Of a DNA stretch of 64,000 bases, positions 63,682 to 64,000 are shown piece by piece. Each line of letters starts with the position of its first letter. The first letter of the stretch is position 1. Source of the DNA: an uncultured delta proteobacterium (GTDB lineage: Bacteria; Myxococcota_A; Polyangia; Polyangiales; B10-G4); NCBI GenBank assembly GCA_963727445.1, contig CAVSGI010000010.1:1184001-1248000 (forward strand). Reading direction: 5' to 3'. The position numbers were made by a program, and so were the translations under genes. The notes below the pieces were generated by a model that searched no databases, was not told where the DNA came from, and worked only from the letters and a program-made list of their open reading frames with translations.

Positions 63682-64000
63682 GGGACCGTGCTGGCTTCGG
63701 ACGACGAGGGCTGCGCCGGTCCCTCGGCGGTGATCGCGTGCTCATCGACCTCGCGGGCCACGCCTTCTCCCCGCGCACGCGCGGCTTCGATCGCCTCGAC
63801 CACCGCGTCGGGCTGACGGCAGACGAGAATGGTCGCGCCGCGATCTCCCCGCCGGTGTAGATGAAGGGCGCATCTCTTGCTGCCGAGCATCGAGTAGACG
63901 ACATCGCCGTTCATCGTCGCGCGGGCGGCGACGCCCATGCTCGTGCTGCGACGGGGAGCCGGCGCGATCTCCACCGAAGTGATCTCGTCGATGGGCACCC
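63678..64000 (-). CDS. Hypothetical protein (5' part outside window)
   Basis: Open frame to the window edge; stop overlaps the GST start (ATGA). Confidence 0.5.
   Translation of the reverse strand, partial: VPIDEITSVEIAPAPRRSTSMGVAARATMNGDVVYSMLGSKRCALHLHRRGDRGATILVCRQPDAVVEAIEAARARGEGVAREVDEHAITAEGPAQPSSSEASTVP

Overview
High-GC bacterial chromosomal window, most likely from a Myxococcota (Polyangia/Sandaracinaceae-like) genome. This is inferred from the many Asp/Ala-tethered lipoproteins, TSP3/vWA/Cys-rich proteins and a MYXO-CTERM-like tail. It holds about 54 densely packed CDSs. I found no rRNA, tRNA, CRISPR array or transposase. Housekeeping genes include argJ, leuS, an HPF-like gene and a fadD-like ligase. 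The most notable locus is a triterpenoid operon at 32328-38934: class II HMG-CoA reductase, an apparent squalene synthase/squalene-hopene cyclase fusion (interrupted by one extra base), hpnG, hpnH and a KstR-family TetR regulator. It is preceded by three KstR-box-like 14-mers and a sigma70-like promoter. Just upstream lies a 640-bp tandem array of ~212-bp multi-hairpin elements with GNA triloops. Other loci of interest: a DUF4266-DUF3570-cytochrome c cluster, an NHL-repeat/cytochrome P460 lipoprotein operon, an ABC exporter with active and degenerate peptidase ectodomains, an LPMO-like/GH1/PHP cluster, and a flippase-like domain fused to a Thr-nucleophile sulfatase-fold domain. About ten single-base frameshifts, including one in essential leuS, suggest assembly indel errors, so interrupted genes are probably intact. 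All family calls come from motif recognition by eye, not database searches.
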